This document shows, in pieces, positions 25,401 through 37,368 of a DNA stretch of 64,000 nt. Location of the stretch: the NCBI GenBank assembly GCA_010356995.1, contig ML996701.1:426963-490962 (forward strand), written 5' to 3'. Below the pieces are notes generated by a model that had not been told where the DNA came from, made no database searches, and was given only the letters and a program-made list of their open reading frames with translations. The stretch comes from Trichodelitschia bisporula. Its lineage: Eukaryota. Position 1 is the stretch's first letter; every line of letters starts with the position of its first letter. Both the position numbers and the translations under genes were made by a program.

Positions 25401-28400
25401 ACAAGGTACAGTATCTCCAAGTCGCCGTGGCTGCCTACGGGCCTGATTATTTACAGTGGATCCTATACCTTCTCGACGAGCACGACCCTCGGGTCGTCTT
25501 TCTCGCCACAAAGCTGCTCGCCCGTTTGCTCATCGCACATGGGCCGCATTACGTGAAGAAGTTTTCCGAGAAGAGCGGAGGCTTTGTGATTATGAAGCAG
25601 CGCCTTAAGAGCTGGTGGAACATGCCGGCTCTCTGGACCATCTGCTTCGCGATCCTGTTCGGTCAAGACGTAGGGCACATTAACTTTGACGAGGATTTCA
25701 ACCACTTTACGCTGGCTGAGATATTCTCACGCAAGTCCGTACAAGTTGTTTATCCGGAAGCTTTCCAGGTTATCACATCCATGCTCGAGTACGGTCTGAG
25801 AGCCATTGTTGATAACAATGAGCCTCCGGAAAACGGTACGTATCTGGACCCGAACCAGGTTGAAGGTAGGACGGGCGGTGTCCGTGAGCGCTCTATGTCA
25901 CTTCATACGGACCGAGACACGCGGGCTGTAGAACGGACTCCTATCCAACGTATTGCCAGCGACGCCGAGGTGCTCAACACAGTCATCCGGTTCCTTGCCG
26001 ACCTCCACATGAAGTGGGGCAGCTTCAGGGATTTTGCGGCTACCAGCGATTACGTCCAAGGGCTGCTATTCGTGCTATATCCAGTAATTGTGACATCTGA
26101 CAACGTCAGCGCAGAGACGGAACTGCACTCACGAGGTTCGGCCTTGACGTTTGAAGGGCAAGATGTGGTCATTCGGCCGCATACGACAGCCGAGAACCAC
26201 CGCCCGCCCATCGTGCGGACAACTGCAGTTGAGGGGCCGCCACCCAGCCCGACCACTGCGCGGGCCATTCCGTTTCGGCGGGCCTCTTCGTTCATTCTCA
26301 TCACGTCCGATCGCTCAGAGGCCGACCCAATACCCGCCCGGTTTAGCTCCATAATGTCGCCTACGAGCTCTGGACCTGTGTCCCTGCGTGTTGGTAACGC
26401 GATAGTCGAAGGACTCCTCGAAGTCATCGTCAACGTATTCCTGGATCAAGTCCTCCACCGGAAGGAGTTTGCTGGCTTCGGTCTGTTCCTGAAGGTGCCA
26501 CCCGGATTCCAGGAGCACCAGGTCTACTTTGAATCGTACGTGCTCAGTCATACCATGACAACGCTTGCGAACAACATACGCCTGAACCAGAAGGTCCTGT
26601 GCGAGCCCCGCGTCCTCACCAATGTGGCGAGGTACACAGCATTTATGGCGGAAGCCATATTTGAAGGCTGGTTTCTTAACGGTGCTGAGCCGCTGTTAGA
26701 CTTTACAGGGCATGTTCTCGAGTACCTCCAACGCCCGGAAATTGCTGCGCTGAGAAGCGTGCGTCTTTGCAGCTCGTCCATTGCATCGATGCGAACCGTC
26801 TTCCTCCGCGTTTCGCTGCTGCGCCTCTCCGAGCTGGATCCCAAGTCGAATGAAAAGGCAACAACAGCGTTTCTCGACCGCATGATGTACTGGCAGACGG
26901 TGATCCTGTCAACCGATCACAATGAGCACTACTTTTTGCGTCTGATCTTCTACCTGCTCTACATCAAAATCGTCAGCCGTTCGGAGCCCGTACGACTGGC
27001 GGCAGTCAACTTCTGGCGTATGCTGCTTGTACAGAAGCCCGAAGAGGCTTCCCACGTGCTTACCCATGCCGCGCCAGCACACCAGAAGCAGATTTCCAAC
27101 ACCTTTATGGAACTGGCTGCCCTTGACAATGAGGCCTTTTTGCAGTGGGTTGACCGCCAACTCGATCAGCTGGATAGCATCTTCCTCGGGGCACTGGCCA
27201 AGCACTGGGAAGATTTCATTGAGAAGGAAAACGAGCGCACCGAAGAGACAGCGCGGAACCGGGTCGCCAAGCGGCGCGAGAAACTCAAGGCATGGAATGA
27301 AGTTGAGGTCTTGACGCAGGAGATCTGGCGGCGGCACGAGAGCGCGACGAGTCACTGGCGGAACAATGTGTACTCTGCGGAGCGCCTCAAGCACCAGCGC
27401 ACGCTTCAGGATCAACAGGACAACCTGCAGTTTACGGCTGCTACGCTCAACAAGCTGGACCGCATACTCAAGGGTCCTTGCGGGCTGTATGAGGAAGATC
27501 CTGAGCCAAAGTGGCGGCTGGATGAAACTGAGGGCAAGCAGCGCATGCGATTGCGGATCATCCAGGACAGCATAACCCAACAAGATGACTATCAACCCAA
27601 GAGGCGCACCACCGACGCGCCGAGGACCTTGAAAGTCGAGACGAATATTAAGGTTGTGTCTGCAAAGGACATTCTTGTCGACACGCCGTCACACGACGCC
27701 GCCCCGATGTTTCTCGAGCCAGGCCGCCAGCGTTCGGTCAGCCAGTCATCGGCAGCCTCTGGATTCCGCGAAGATGAGTATGAAATTATCGAAGACCCTC
27801 GCGAGGACGAAGATGGATTTGAGGACAAGAACCGCAAGGTTATGCGCACACTCCAACCCGGCGACGTCATCCAGAACGTGTGCAATGTTTCACGCATCAT
27901 CGGTCTCGAGGCCTGTGAAGGGCTGCTTATTATCGGCAAGGAATGTCTCTACCTGCTGGATAACTACTTCCAGCGCGCAGATGGTGAAGTCGTGGGCGTC
28001 TGGCAGGCGCCACCTGAGGAGCGCGACCCATACCTGCAAATGATCATGGGCCAGGATACCAAGCGGCGCAAGCCACGACTGTCGCCGAGCGAGCAGACGT
28101 CGCGCAACTGGCGCTGGTCCGAGGTTATGCTCGTTTCGAAGCGCCGATTCCTGTTTCGCGATGTCGCTTTGGAGATATTCTTCACCGATGGGCGGAGCTA
28201 CCTCCTCACGACCATCTCACCGCACGCCCGCAACGATTTGTACACGCGGCTGATGGCACGCGCACCGTTCTTGAACAATCCATCATCGATACACTCAGAG
28301 GATGTCTGGCGGCTTGAATCGCTGCGGAACCCAGAGGAGGCACCCCAGAGCTTTGGGAGCAAGTTTGCCAACGTCTTCGCGTCGTTGTCAGCCAATCCCG

Positions 28401-30234
28401 CTACGCGCAAGTGGGTAAAAGGGGAAATGTCCAACTTTGCCTACCTCATGCTCATCAACACCATGGCTGGGCGTACGTTCAACGATCTCACGCAGTACCC
28501 CGTCTTCCCCTGGGTGCTGGCCGACTACACCAGCGAGGAGCTAGACCTATCAGACCCTCGCACTTTCAGAGATCTGTCTAAACCGATGGGCTGCCAGGTG
28601 CCCGCTCGCGAGGCGGAGTTTCGTGAGCGGTTCCAAATCTTCAGCGATCTGGCCGAAGACGGGGCACCGCCTTTCCACTACGGGACGCACTACTCATCGG
28701 CTATGATAGTAGCGTCGTACCTGATCCGCTTGCAACCGTTCGTGCAGTCGTATCTGCTGCTCCAGGGCGGCAGCTTCGACCATGCAGACCGCCTATTCTA
28801 CTCTATTGAAAAAGCCTGGTTATCGGCATCGCGCGATAACATGGGCGACGTGCGCGAACTGACACCTGAATTCTTCTACCTCCCCGAATTCCTCACCAAC
28901 ATAAACGGGTACAACTTCGGCCAGCGCCAGGGCTCAGGCGAGCAAATAGGCGACGTGCAACTCCCTCCCTGGGCCAAAGGCGATCCCGCCATCTTCATCG
29001 CCAAGCACCGCGAAGCCCTCGAGAGTCCCTTCGTCTCGCAGAACCTCCACAAATGGATCGACCTAGTCTTCGGCTACAAGCAGCGCGGCGAAGCCGCCGT
29101 CGACGCCACCAACGTCTTCCACCACCTCAGCTACCACGGCGCCAAAGACCTAGACACCATAGTCGATCCCGTCGAGCTGCACGCCTCCATCGGGATAATT
29201 CACAACTTCGGCCAAACGCCGCATCAAGTCTTCCAGCGTGCCCACCCCCAGCGCGAGGAAACGAGCCACCGCTTCCGCGGCCTGGATTCAAATGTGGATA
29301 CCTTAGCGCGCGTCCCGAATACTATACTCGAAACGCCAGACCGCGTCGCGCACCTCGTGTGGTCTGCTAAACATGATCGCGTGCTCGCCTCGTCGCCATT
29401 CCGCATCTTCGTACCCCCGCACTACGACCGTGTCCTAGAGCTTGGGTTTGCAGATGCTAGTGTGCGGTTTAGCACGCCGGACTCGCGCCGCCCGCTTGCG
29501 CTGTACGAACATCTGCATCTAGGCCACGCACGAGCGGCTGTCTTTGTGGATGGGCGCACGCTCGTGACGGGTGGCAGGGATGGCGTGGTTACGGTGTGGA
29601 ACGTCGAGCAGGCGGGTAAGACGGTGGAAGTGCAGCAGCGGACCAGCCTCTTCGGGCACCGGCGTGCGCTGACCTGCCTCGCGGTCAGTAAGCCCTTCGC
29701 CGCCTTGCTGAGCGCGGATGAGGGGGGCCGAGTGCTCATGTGGGACCTCAACCGCAGCGAGTATGTGCGTGAGGTGATCGCGTCTGGAGCGGAGGTGCGT
29801 GCCGCAAGGATAAGTAATGCGACGGGGGAGATGGTGCTGTGCGCTGGGCGGGAGGTGTGTGTTTACTCCTTAAATGGGGCGTTGCGGGTGAGGGTCAATG
29901 TGTGTGATCCCGGGAGGGAGGATGAAGTGCTTTGCTGTGCGTGGTATGAGGGGGTTAAGGAGGAGTGGTTGGAGAGGAATTTGCTGGTTACTGGGCACCG
30001 ATCCGGTGTTGTTAAGATCTGGCATAAGGCGGTTACGAAGGAGGGGCCGTGGAAGTTGCAGCTTGTGCGAAGGCTGGAAGATGGGGGGATTGGACCTGTG
30101 ACGAGTGTCCTCGCTGTGCCTGGGGGTGTGTTTGCGGGGGATGATAATGGGCGGGTGGTGAGTTTGCCTTTGCGTATGGAGTGAGGATTGGGAGCTAATG
30201 TGCACAGTATGAGTGGCCGGTCTCGCGGGATTAG
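22427..30234 (+). CDS. BPH1: BEACH/beige domain protein (ConA-like, PH-BEACH, WD40)
   Basis: GRTFNDLTQYPVFPWVLADY, HYGTHYSS, DVRELTPEFFY, NFGQTP motifs and C-terminal WD40s; in-frame intron 25406-25456 and terminal intron ~30158-30207 giving last exon YEWPVSRD-stop. Confidence 0.93.
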
Positions 30235-30893
30235 AGCCTCGGAAGCATTTGATTGAGCAGCTGCTGGGCGTTCGGAAAAGCGGTGCTGGATGCTCTGAAT
30301 GAGTGGGCGGTTGGCTGTGATTTGCTTAGACTGTTATTGGATTATGTCTTGATGGTGCATGTAGACATGAAGTAGAGAAGCAGAACGAGATTAATGTGCC
30401 TTGTAGGTGGGCATGCCTACTACTGCTGGATCGTTGTTGCATGCCACGAGCCAACCCGGTTGTGCTTCATACCGCCCACTTTCACCCGCGGCTTATGATG
30501 CATTCCACGAGGATGGGAATCTGCCGTGCCTTTCAAAGTTCCCCGTTCCGACTACGAGTCTATCAAATTGCTCCCCAGAACCTCCCCGCTTTCTGAGATC
30601 CTAACAAGCTAGATCTCAGGGTAATGTCATCAGCGACGTTCGGAATAGGGCATCAGATGAGAAGCCCTCCTTTGCCGTCAGCATGGCTTGATAGCGTCAC
30701 GTGAACTGCTGGAGGCCTTAAGTTAATCCCGACGTCATCACCTCCCATCACCAAAATAAAAGGGCTCAAGGCCCACTAGCATCATTGAAAACGAGATAAA
30801 CCGGCGTAAAAATGCCTTCCTAGGTCTATGGTATCTATCGCTCCACCGGTATGTAAAGCCCCCCAAGAAACAAACCTCAACCAAACCAACCGC

Positions 30894-32472
30894 CTACAAA
30901 TTCATCTGAAACCTCGGACTCGTCCGAATCCGCTCACCATACTTCCAAAAGATAATCGGCATAGGCACCATCGCCAGCGCAATAAACCCTAGCAACGAAT
31001 TCCCCCACCCCAGGCCCAGCGCGGCAAACATCTTCGGCCCCGCAAGCGGCAGCAACGCGCCAAGCAGTGAGCGCATGACGGTATTCGCCGCGGTGACGGA
31101 CGCAGCGTACATCTGATAGGAGTCGATCAGGTAGGTCATGACGGGCATGAACGTGGTAATCATGCCCATGCCGACGAAGCCCGTGCCGATAATCGGCGCG
31201 ATCCAGTGCACCCTCTTCTCCGCCGTCCAGCCGTACATGAACAGCCCGATGGGGATGAGACACGCGGCAGGGATCATGGCGGGGAGGCGGAACTCGGGTT
31301 TCGTGACGCCGTTGTTGCGTGCCGAGAGTTTGCGCATCAGGCGGTCGGATGTCACGCCCGCGACGCCCAGCCCGAGGAACATCCCGATGCCGATTCCCAG
31401 ATACGCGAGACCGACGTTGCTGCTGCTGAAGTGGTAGCGCTTCTCGAACACACTCGTCATGGTTGTGAACAGCAGGTAAAGGTACCCGTACACCACGGCC
31501 ATGTAGAGTGAGAGGAAGAAAACCATAGGCGACAAGAAGAGCATTTTCGTCGGCCGGATGATTGCCTTCCACATGTACGTCCGCGGCGACTCTGTGGTTG
31601 CGAGTTTGCTGCGCAGCGCCATGTTGCCGGTTTCTTTGCGTAGGCGCGCCGCTTTACGCTCCAGGATCACCGGGGCGTAGGTTTCGCGCTGGAGAACGGC
31701 CATTATTATAGTCACGGCGCCGGCCTGGGGTGTTAGCGAGGTCTGAGTCAAGAGGGAGGAGGCTTACGATGATGGCTACGAGCCAGAAGTCCCAGCGCCA
31801 GCCCTTGGCCTCGCTCAGGTACGACCCAGCCACCGGGCCGATCACAGGCCCCAGAAGCGGACCGATACTCCAAATCGCCATGGCGGCGCCGCGCTCTGAC
31901 GACACGAACAGATCGGCGACCGTGCCACCTCCGATCGTGAGGGGGGTGCTACCCATAAGACCGGCCAGGAGCCGGAAGCCGATCAACATCCCCATGCTGT
32001 CGCTTACGGCGCAGGCGACGGTAAAGATGACGTAGAGCACGTTGGTCACGTTGTAGACGATCGCGCGGCCGTACAGCTCGGACATGGGTGCGATAATGAG
32101 CGGTCCGAAGGCGTAGCCGAGGATGTAGATGGAGACGACGAAGGAGGCGATGGTCGTGTCGGTGCTGTGGAAGTCCCTCATGACCCCTGCGATTCCTGGG
32201 GCGAATATGGAGGAGGCGAGCGGCGTGACGAAGGTGAGTGCGGAGAGTAGGCCGGCGGTTGTCCATTTCTTGCCCGTCGACCAGTTGTATGGATTCTCGG
32301 GGTCGTCTGGGCCATCGTAGTCGACGATGTTCGAATCGTAGCCATCGGTGCCAGGGCGGGAAATCGGCTCGTCGACATCAGACTGGCTCTTCTCCACATC
32401 GACAAACTCCTCCTCTTCCTTTGGGTTATCAACCTTCGGTACCTTGCCGTCGGCGGGCACTTTATCATCCAT
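30894..32472 (-). CDS. MFS multidrug transporter, DHA1 family; 2 exons
   Basis: DYDGPDDPENPYNWS, APMSELYGR, GPLLGPVIG, RETYAPVIL, PEFRLP, LGLGWGNSLLGF; intron 31725-31767; first ATG at 32472. Confidence 0.92.
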
Positions 32473-34159
32473 GACAGGCAAATCCGCTGCCTTACTCGCT
32501 CAATTAAGAATTAAACAAAGTTTGAAAAAGAGCGTCAAGAATTGCCCTCACTCCAGGTTAGGGCGTGGGCGCCCCCAACTTATTACATCCCCTCCCTCTC
32601 GGCACTCGACTCCGACGCTCCGCGCGACGATGCTACTCCAAGAGTGGCGACCGGATGCGCGTCGAGCCCTGCAAGCTTCTGCGCCTCATCGGGAGCCGGC
32701 AGGTGCACGGACGCGGGTGGAGCGGACCCGCCGTAGCGAGGCGGGGGACTTGCGAATGGGCGTGCGGAACGGAGACGGGGGTGGGGCGGGGTGGAGCTTG
32801 TTTTCGCTTGATCGGTTGTTGGGGTGGAAGGGTGGGCATCGCGGAGACCCCTCGATTGCTGTGCTTCGCTAGTCCATGCCGTTAATTCAACCTATTCAAG
32901 GGGGAAAAGATAGGAATGGGATTCCGTAGTCCGGGTGTGCGGCATCGGGTTCTCTTATTCCTGCTGCAAAACTCGGAATGGAACGTAGAGGGCAGGCGGA
33001 ACTCGGCGCTTGTTTACAAACATTGACGATAGCCGACGTCAACGACGTCAATGCCAGATTGCTTGTCACAGACAACCGGGTTCGAACTCCCACTGCAATC
33101 TGTGTCGTCCAGGTAGCGCAACGGACTCGAAATGAGTGCAGGGTACGATGCCAACCCGGTCCCCAGGCCAAGGCCCTGGACGCTGGAGAACATTTCCAAC
33201 GCAACCATGGCATTCTTGGCTTCCATATTGGTGCCTGAGGCTGGAACTTGGCGGCTCAGTTCTTTCCGGCTTCCGGTGACCTTCGAGAAGAGCTGGCGGG
33301 CAGCCGGATCAGCGTGTGGGCGTTCCGTGTGGCGTGTAGGGGGGCGTGGATTGTTTTGGGAGGTCGAGATGCCGATGGAAGCGTACTATATGTGTTCCGG
33401 TAAGGCTGAAGACGGCGTGGACGGATACCTGCCTCGTAATGCGTGTGACCGTCACACAACACCACGCCGACTTGTAGGGAGGTGTACTTCGCTAGTCTGT
33501 CTTCATCTGAACCACAGTTGCTAATTCGGATTAGTTTCCTCAAATGAACAGTCATCGCGTACTTACTCCAAGCTGTCGTCCAACGCACCACGGTTCTTAA
33601 GAGCTCTGGAGTTGGTTGGAGTTGCAGGGGAATGACAATGAATCGGCATAGCTGCAGTCTGCGTATTCATATCAGTAGGACCTCAGTCTTGTTTTGCGGG
33701 AATGACATGAGCTAGTCATGGTATCAAGGCCGAGTAATGAAAGCAGAAGCGCAAGGCACCAGACAGCTAAAGAACCTGATCCGAAGAACGGCGATTGAAA
33801 GCAGAACGAAAGACGAAGATCAAGAGAAGTTGAGCGGCGTGCCCACTCAGATCTAGACAGTGCTTGCCACGTATGCTTCTTCCGCAGTCATCCAAGGTCC
33901 CTTCCAGGCTTGCCCTCTGCGACTTCCCAAAGGTAAGTATGCTCCTTCCTGGGATATCAATGTTCCTTCCTTAGCTCACATCAGGAGCGACGTCACATCT
34001 TACGATCAGAGGCGCAATGGACATCACCAAATAATCAACTTGTTCGATTGATCTACTATCTTCCGAGTCCACCCTGATCTCATCTCAAGGCCTATCATGC
34101 TCCGCATGATAAGTCACCCATCGAGGCCATTGCCATGCCTCGTCACTCCCTCGTTGTAA

Positions 34160-34312
34160 TCACGTCCTAGAGATGCAATCGCGGTATTGTTGGTACGCCG
34201 TGCGCCTAATCACCTCCATATGGCAGCTGTTGCTGTCAGGGGCGGAGCAATAGGCGAGCATACGGGAGATAGAATGCCCACAGCCGTAGGTTATCTTCTC
34301 AACGCGGCACAT
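34160..34312 (-). CDS. Cys/His micro-protein, array copy A (50 aa)
   Basis: MCRVEKITYGCGHSISRMLAYCSAPDSNSCHMEVIRRTAYQQYRDCISRT; CACCATG start context; terminal CxxC changed to YRDC. Confidence 0.7.
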   Translation of the reverse strand: MCRVEKITYGCGHSISRMLAYCSAPDSNSCHMEVIRRTAYQQYRDCISRT

Positions 34313-34689
34313 GGTGGTGCGTGAGCTTGTGTTTATCCATATGCGTGTTGTATGTGTGGATGAGTGTGTTTCGGTCATGGTTGTGGTCTTCGTTTTGGGA
34401 CGGCCTGAAAGGCTTTCATACATCGCGATGGGTGACGCTCCAGCGGCGTGACGAAACCTGGTGGTGAACATCTACACTTAAAGGACTAACGTCATCGGTG
34501 TAGGTTTAGCTCTAGAAGCTTATGAGGGATTGCAGAGAACGGGTCGTAGGAACCGCATGCAAGCTGAATGGCGTCTGTTCTAGCTGTCGGAGAGTGGCTT
34601 GACACCATGCTTTCACCGTTATAACGGACATCATCAAATGAGCCACTCAATCGATTTATCTCCTATCTACCGAGTCTACGCCGGCCTCG

Positions 34690-34833
34690 TCACTCACCGC
34701 AGCTGGGGCATTTCCGGGACACCCCAATCTTGCTCACGGCCTAGCAGCGCTTGCCCATGAGTGCGGAGCAACGGACAAGAACCCGCGTAATAGAGTGACC
34801 TCAGCTGTATATTATCTTCTCGATGCGACACAA
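34690..34833 (-). pseudogene. Cys/His micro-protein, array copy B, pseudogene
   Basis: (TTG)CRIEKIIYS*GHSITRVLVRCSALMGKRC*AVSKIGVSRKCPSCGE*: start ATG>TTG, TGA at 34801-34803 where other copies have Cys, TAG at 34741-34743. Confidence 0.8.
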
Positions 34834-35063
34834 GGTGCTTGTGTGTGTTCGTGTGTGTATGTTTGTTGCGGCTAAGGTCTCCATTTCGGCCCGCTAGAGG
34901 GATTTTTATAGATCTTGGTATGTGATGCTGAGAGGAGTGACTAAGTCTTGTGGTGATCACCGATACTTGAAAGCTAACGTCACTGGCATAGGTTGGAATC
35001 CAGATGATTTAATCGACTTGTTTCCTATCTACCGAGTCTACATCGGCACCATCGCGAGGCCTT

Positions 35064-35258
35064 TCACGCTCCATATAGCAGGTCACCCGTCGGTGGCTTA
35101 ACATCTTTAGCAGCGCACTTGCAACACTTCTGGCCCCTCCCGGTCTCCCTCTGCCTGATTATAACATGGCAGCTCTTGCCGTCGGGGGCGGGGCAACGCT
35201 CTAGGATACGCGTGTAGAAGTGCCCGCAGGGGGCGATTGTCTCCTCAACGCAGCACAT
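35064..35258 (-). CDS. Cys/His micro-protein, array copy C (64 aa)
   Basis: MCCVEETIAPCGHFYTRILERCPAPDGKSCHVIIRQRETGRGQKCCKCAAKDVKPPTGDLLYGA; TATAAAA ~105 nt upstream. Confidence 0.78.
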   Translation of the reverse strand: MCCVEETIAPCGHFYTRILERCPAPDGKSCHVIIRQRETGRGQKCCKCAAKDVKPPTGDLLYGA

Positions 35259-35856
35259 GGTGATGTGTAAGCTTCTGTATGTTTGTGTTTGTGTGGGTAT
35301 GGTGTATGGGGATGTGTATCTTGTGGACCGTTGCGGCCTTCGTTCGGGGCGGTCATAGGGGCTTTTATACACCGCATTAGTAACAGGCTATGTGTGACGC
35401 TTCAAGAGAGTGATCAAGTGTTGTGGTTAGCATAGACTCTTGAAGGGAAACCCTCACCGGCATAGATTGGATTCTAGATGGTTATAAAGAGTTTCAGAGC
35501 ATCGACAAGGCTACGCTGCGCGTATTCTGATCCAGCAGGGATTCTAGTTCTAGCCTTGCATGACATGGGCTACCCACGGACTCAAGGCCGGACAACGAAG
35601 GCAGTCTCAAGTACTTAGCGGGTGAAGACTGGATTCGCATAGGACTTGGAATTGCAACGTCGGAAACGGTCAGCGGCGTATGGCTGAATAGCTTATCCTT
35701 GTCGTCGGAGAGTAGCCTCACATCATTATTAGAGTCAAAATGGGCGTCATCAAGTGAAAAATTCTTTCAATTCATTTTTTATCTACTTGATTCCCGGCGG
35801 ACTAGTATGCTCCGCCGCAACTCGCCCATCGGTCTTCGTCATGCCTCTCCTCCGGC

Positions 35857-36021
35857 TCAATGGAATATCTTATAAGTAATAGCATAACACTTGGGGCATT
35901 TGTCCGGTAGGCTGCGCCAGGTCTCGGTAGGGTGGCAGTTGCCAGGGGGGCCATGGCAAGCAACGACGAGGTGCTTCTCGGTATGTCCGCAGGAGAAGAT
36001 CATCTTCTCAAAGTGGCACAT
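35857..36021 (-). CDS. Cys/His micro-protein, array copy D (54 aa; below ORF-track cutoff)
   Basis: Hand translation MCHFEKMIFSCGHTEKHLVVACHGPPGNCHPTETWRSLPDKCPKCYAITYKIFH; TATAAAA at 36151-36157. Confidence 0.78.
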   Translation of the reverse strand: MCHFEKMIFSCGHTEKHLVVACHGPPGNCHPTETWRSLPDKCPKCYAITYKIFH

Positions 36022-36689
36022 GATGGTGCACGGATGGCTGTCTACAAATTTGGTGATGTTTGGGTGAGGTTCTAAACCCGTGTGGTGTGTGTGGGAATGC
36101 TTGTGTCGCGTGGATGGGTATGGTCGTCACTCCGTGGCGGAGAGGACGGCTTTTATACGCCAGGATGGGTGATGCTCTGGACGAGTGACGAGTCTTGCAG
36201 TGAACATGGATGCTTGAAGGGCGGATATCACAGGTATACAGTAAGCTGACTTTGAATGGTTATGATGAGTTGCGGCACTGGAAATGGTAGCAGCGTATGG
36301 TGATGTAGACATGGAAGGAGCATTGTTATGTTAGGAAAGAGCGTACTTATCTAAGCGAAAGGGACATGACGTAGTGTGCTCATGGCTAAGGGAAGGAGCA
36401 TTAAAGGGCATCGTATGCATATTCCTAAGAGTCTCTGACTCTCTTCCTCACGTCGACTTTACTTAAATCTTCAGTTTTACAGTTGCCTCGCACGTAATGG
36501 GCCCTTGCTCTCATCATGCGGCACAATAGCTTACATCTAGTTATAGTAGAGCAGCTTCACATCGTCATCAGAGTCACAATAGGCGTCATAAAGTGAACCA
36601 TTCATTCAATTCATATCCTATCTATCCCATTCGTACCGGCCTACCACGCTCCAGAGGAGTGACGATGTCTTCTGGTAAACGCCGATACT

Positions 36690-36884
36690 TCAAGCACGCC
36701 ATCCCTCGGTGGTCTTCAGAAAGGCCACTCTCCGCAGCATATTGCCGCAAGTGTCGCAGGCGGACTGCTCTTTGCGGTGGAGGATGTTGAAATTGCAACC
36801 TGGACTCTTCGGATTGGGGCAAGAAACGAAGTGGCGAATGTCGGTATGCCTGCAGCAGAAGGTCACTTTCTCGTAGGTACACAT
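36690..36884 (-). CDS. Cys/His micro-protein, array copy E (64 aa)
   Basis: MCTYEKVTFCCRHTDIRHFVSCPNPKSPGCNFNILHRKEQSACDTCGNMLRRVAFLKTTEGWRA; TATAAAA at 36998-37004. Confidence 0.78.
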   Translation of the reverse strand: MCTYEKVTFCCRHTDIRHFVSCPNPKSPGCNFNILHRKEQSACDTCGNMLRRVAFLKTTEGWRA

Positions 36885-37209
36885 TTGTGATGTGTTGTTG
36901 GAGTCTGTGTTAGTTTGTCAGTATGTCTGGGTACGTGTGTTATGTGCGTGTGTGCTGGAGATGGTTGTAGTCTTCGTTTTGGAGCGGCCAAAAGGGGTTT
37001 TATACACCGCGATGTGATGTGACGCTCGCGATGGATGACGGAACCTAGCGGTGAAAAGCGACATTTGAAGGACAGCCATCACCGGCATACGATGAACAAT
37101 CCCGGCTGGTTTCAATCCAGCAGTTCAGCAGACATATACGAGAATCCAAAGACGGCGCGACTCTCCGCCGCAAGTCATCTATCGGAACCATCGCGATACC
37201 CTACCCTTG

Positions 37210-37368
37210 TCAGGACTCTATCATTCTGCAATCGTCGCAGTTGTACCTGTCCTTGCGGTTGTGGTTGGCGAAGACATGGCACTTCCTGCCCTGAGGTTTG
37301 TCGCACGGGGAGATGATGTTGATGACGACGTGCCCGCAGAAGTGGACGACCTTCTCAAGGATACACAT
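37210..37368 (-). CDS. Cys/His micro-protein, array copy F (52 aa)
   Basis: MCILEKVVHFCGHVVINIISPCDKPQGRKCHVFANHNRKDRYNCDDCRMIES; TATAAA at 37515-37520. Confidence 0.78.
   Translation of the reverse strand: MCILEKVVHFCGHVVINIISPCDKPQGRKCHVFANHNRKDRYNCDDCRMIES

Noticed and set aside
34801..34803. TGA at a conserved Cys position read as selenocysteine
   Set aside because: The same copy also lacks its ATG and has a TAG; Dikarya are not known to have Sec machinery; pseudogenisation is simpler.
34160..37368. Micro-gene array as secreted effectors, RiPP precursors or classical metallothioneins
   Set aside because: No signal peptides, no Kex2-delimited core repeats, no adjacent DUF3328 or other tailoring genes, and Cys content is too low with too many hydrophobic and aromatic residues for typical metallothioneins.
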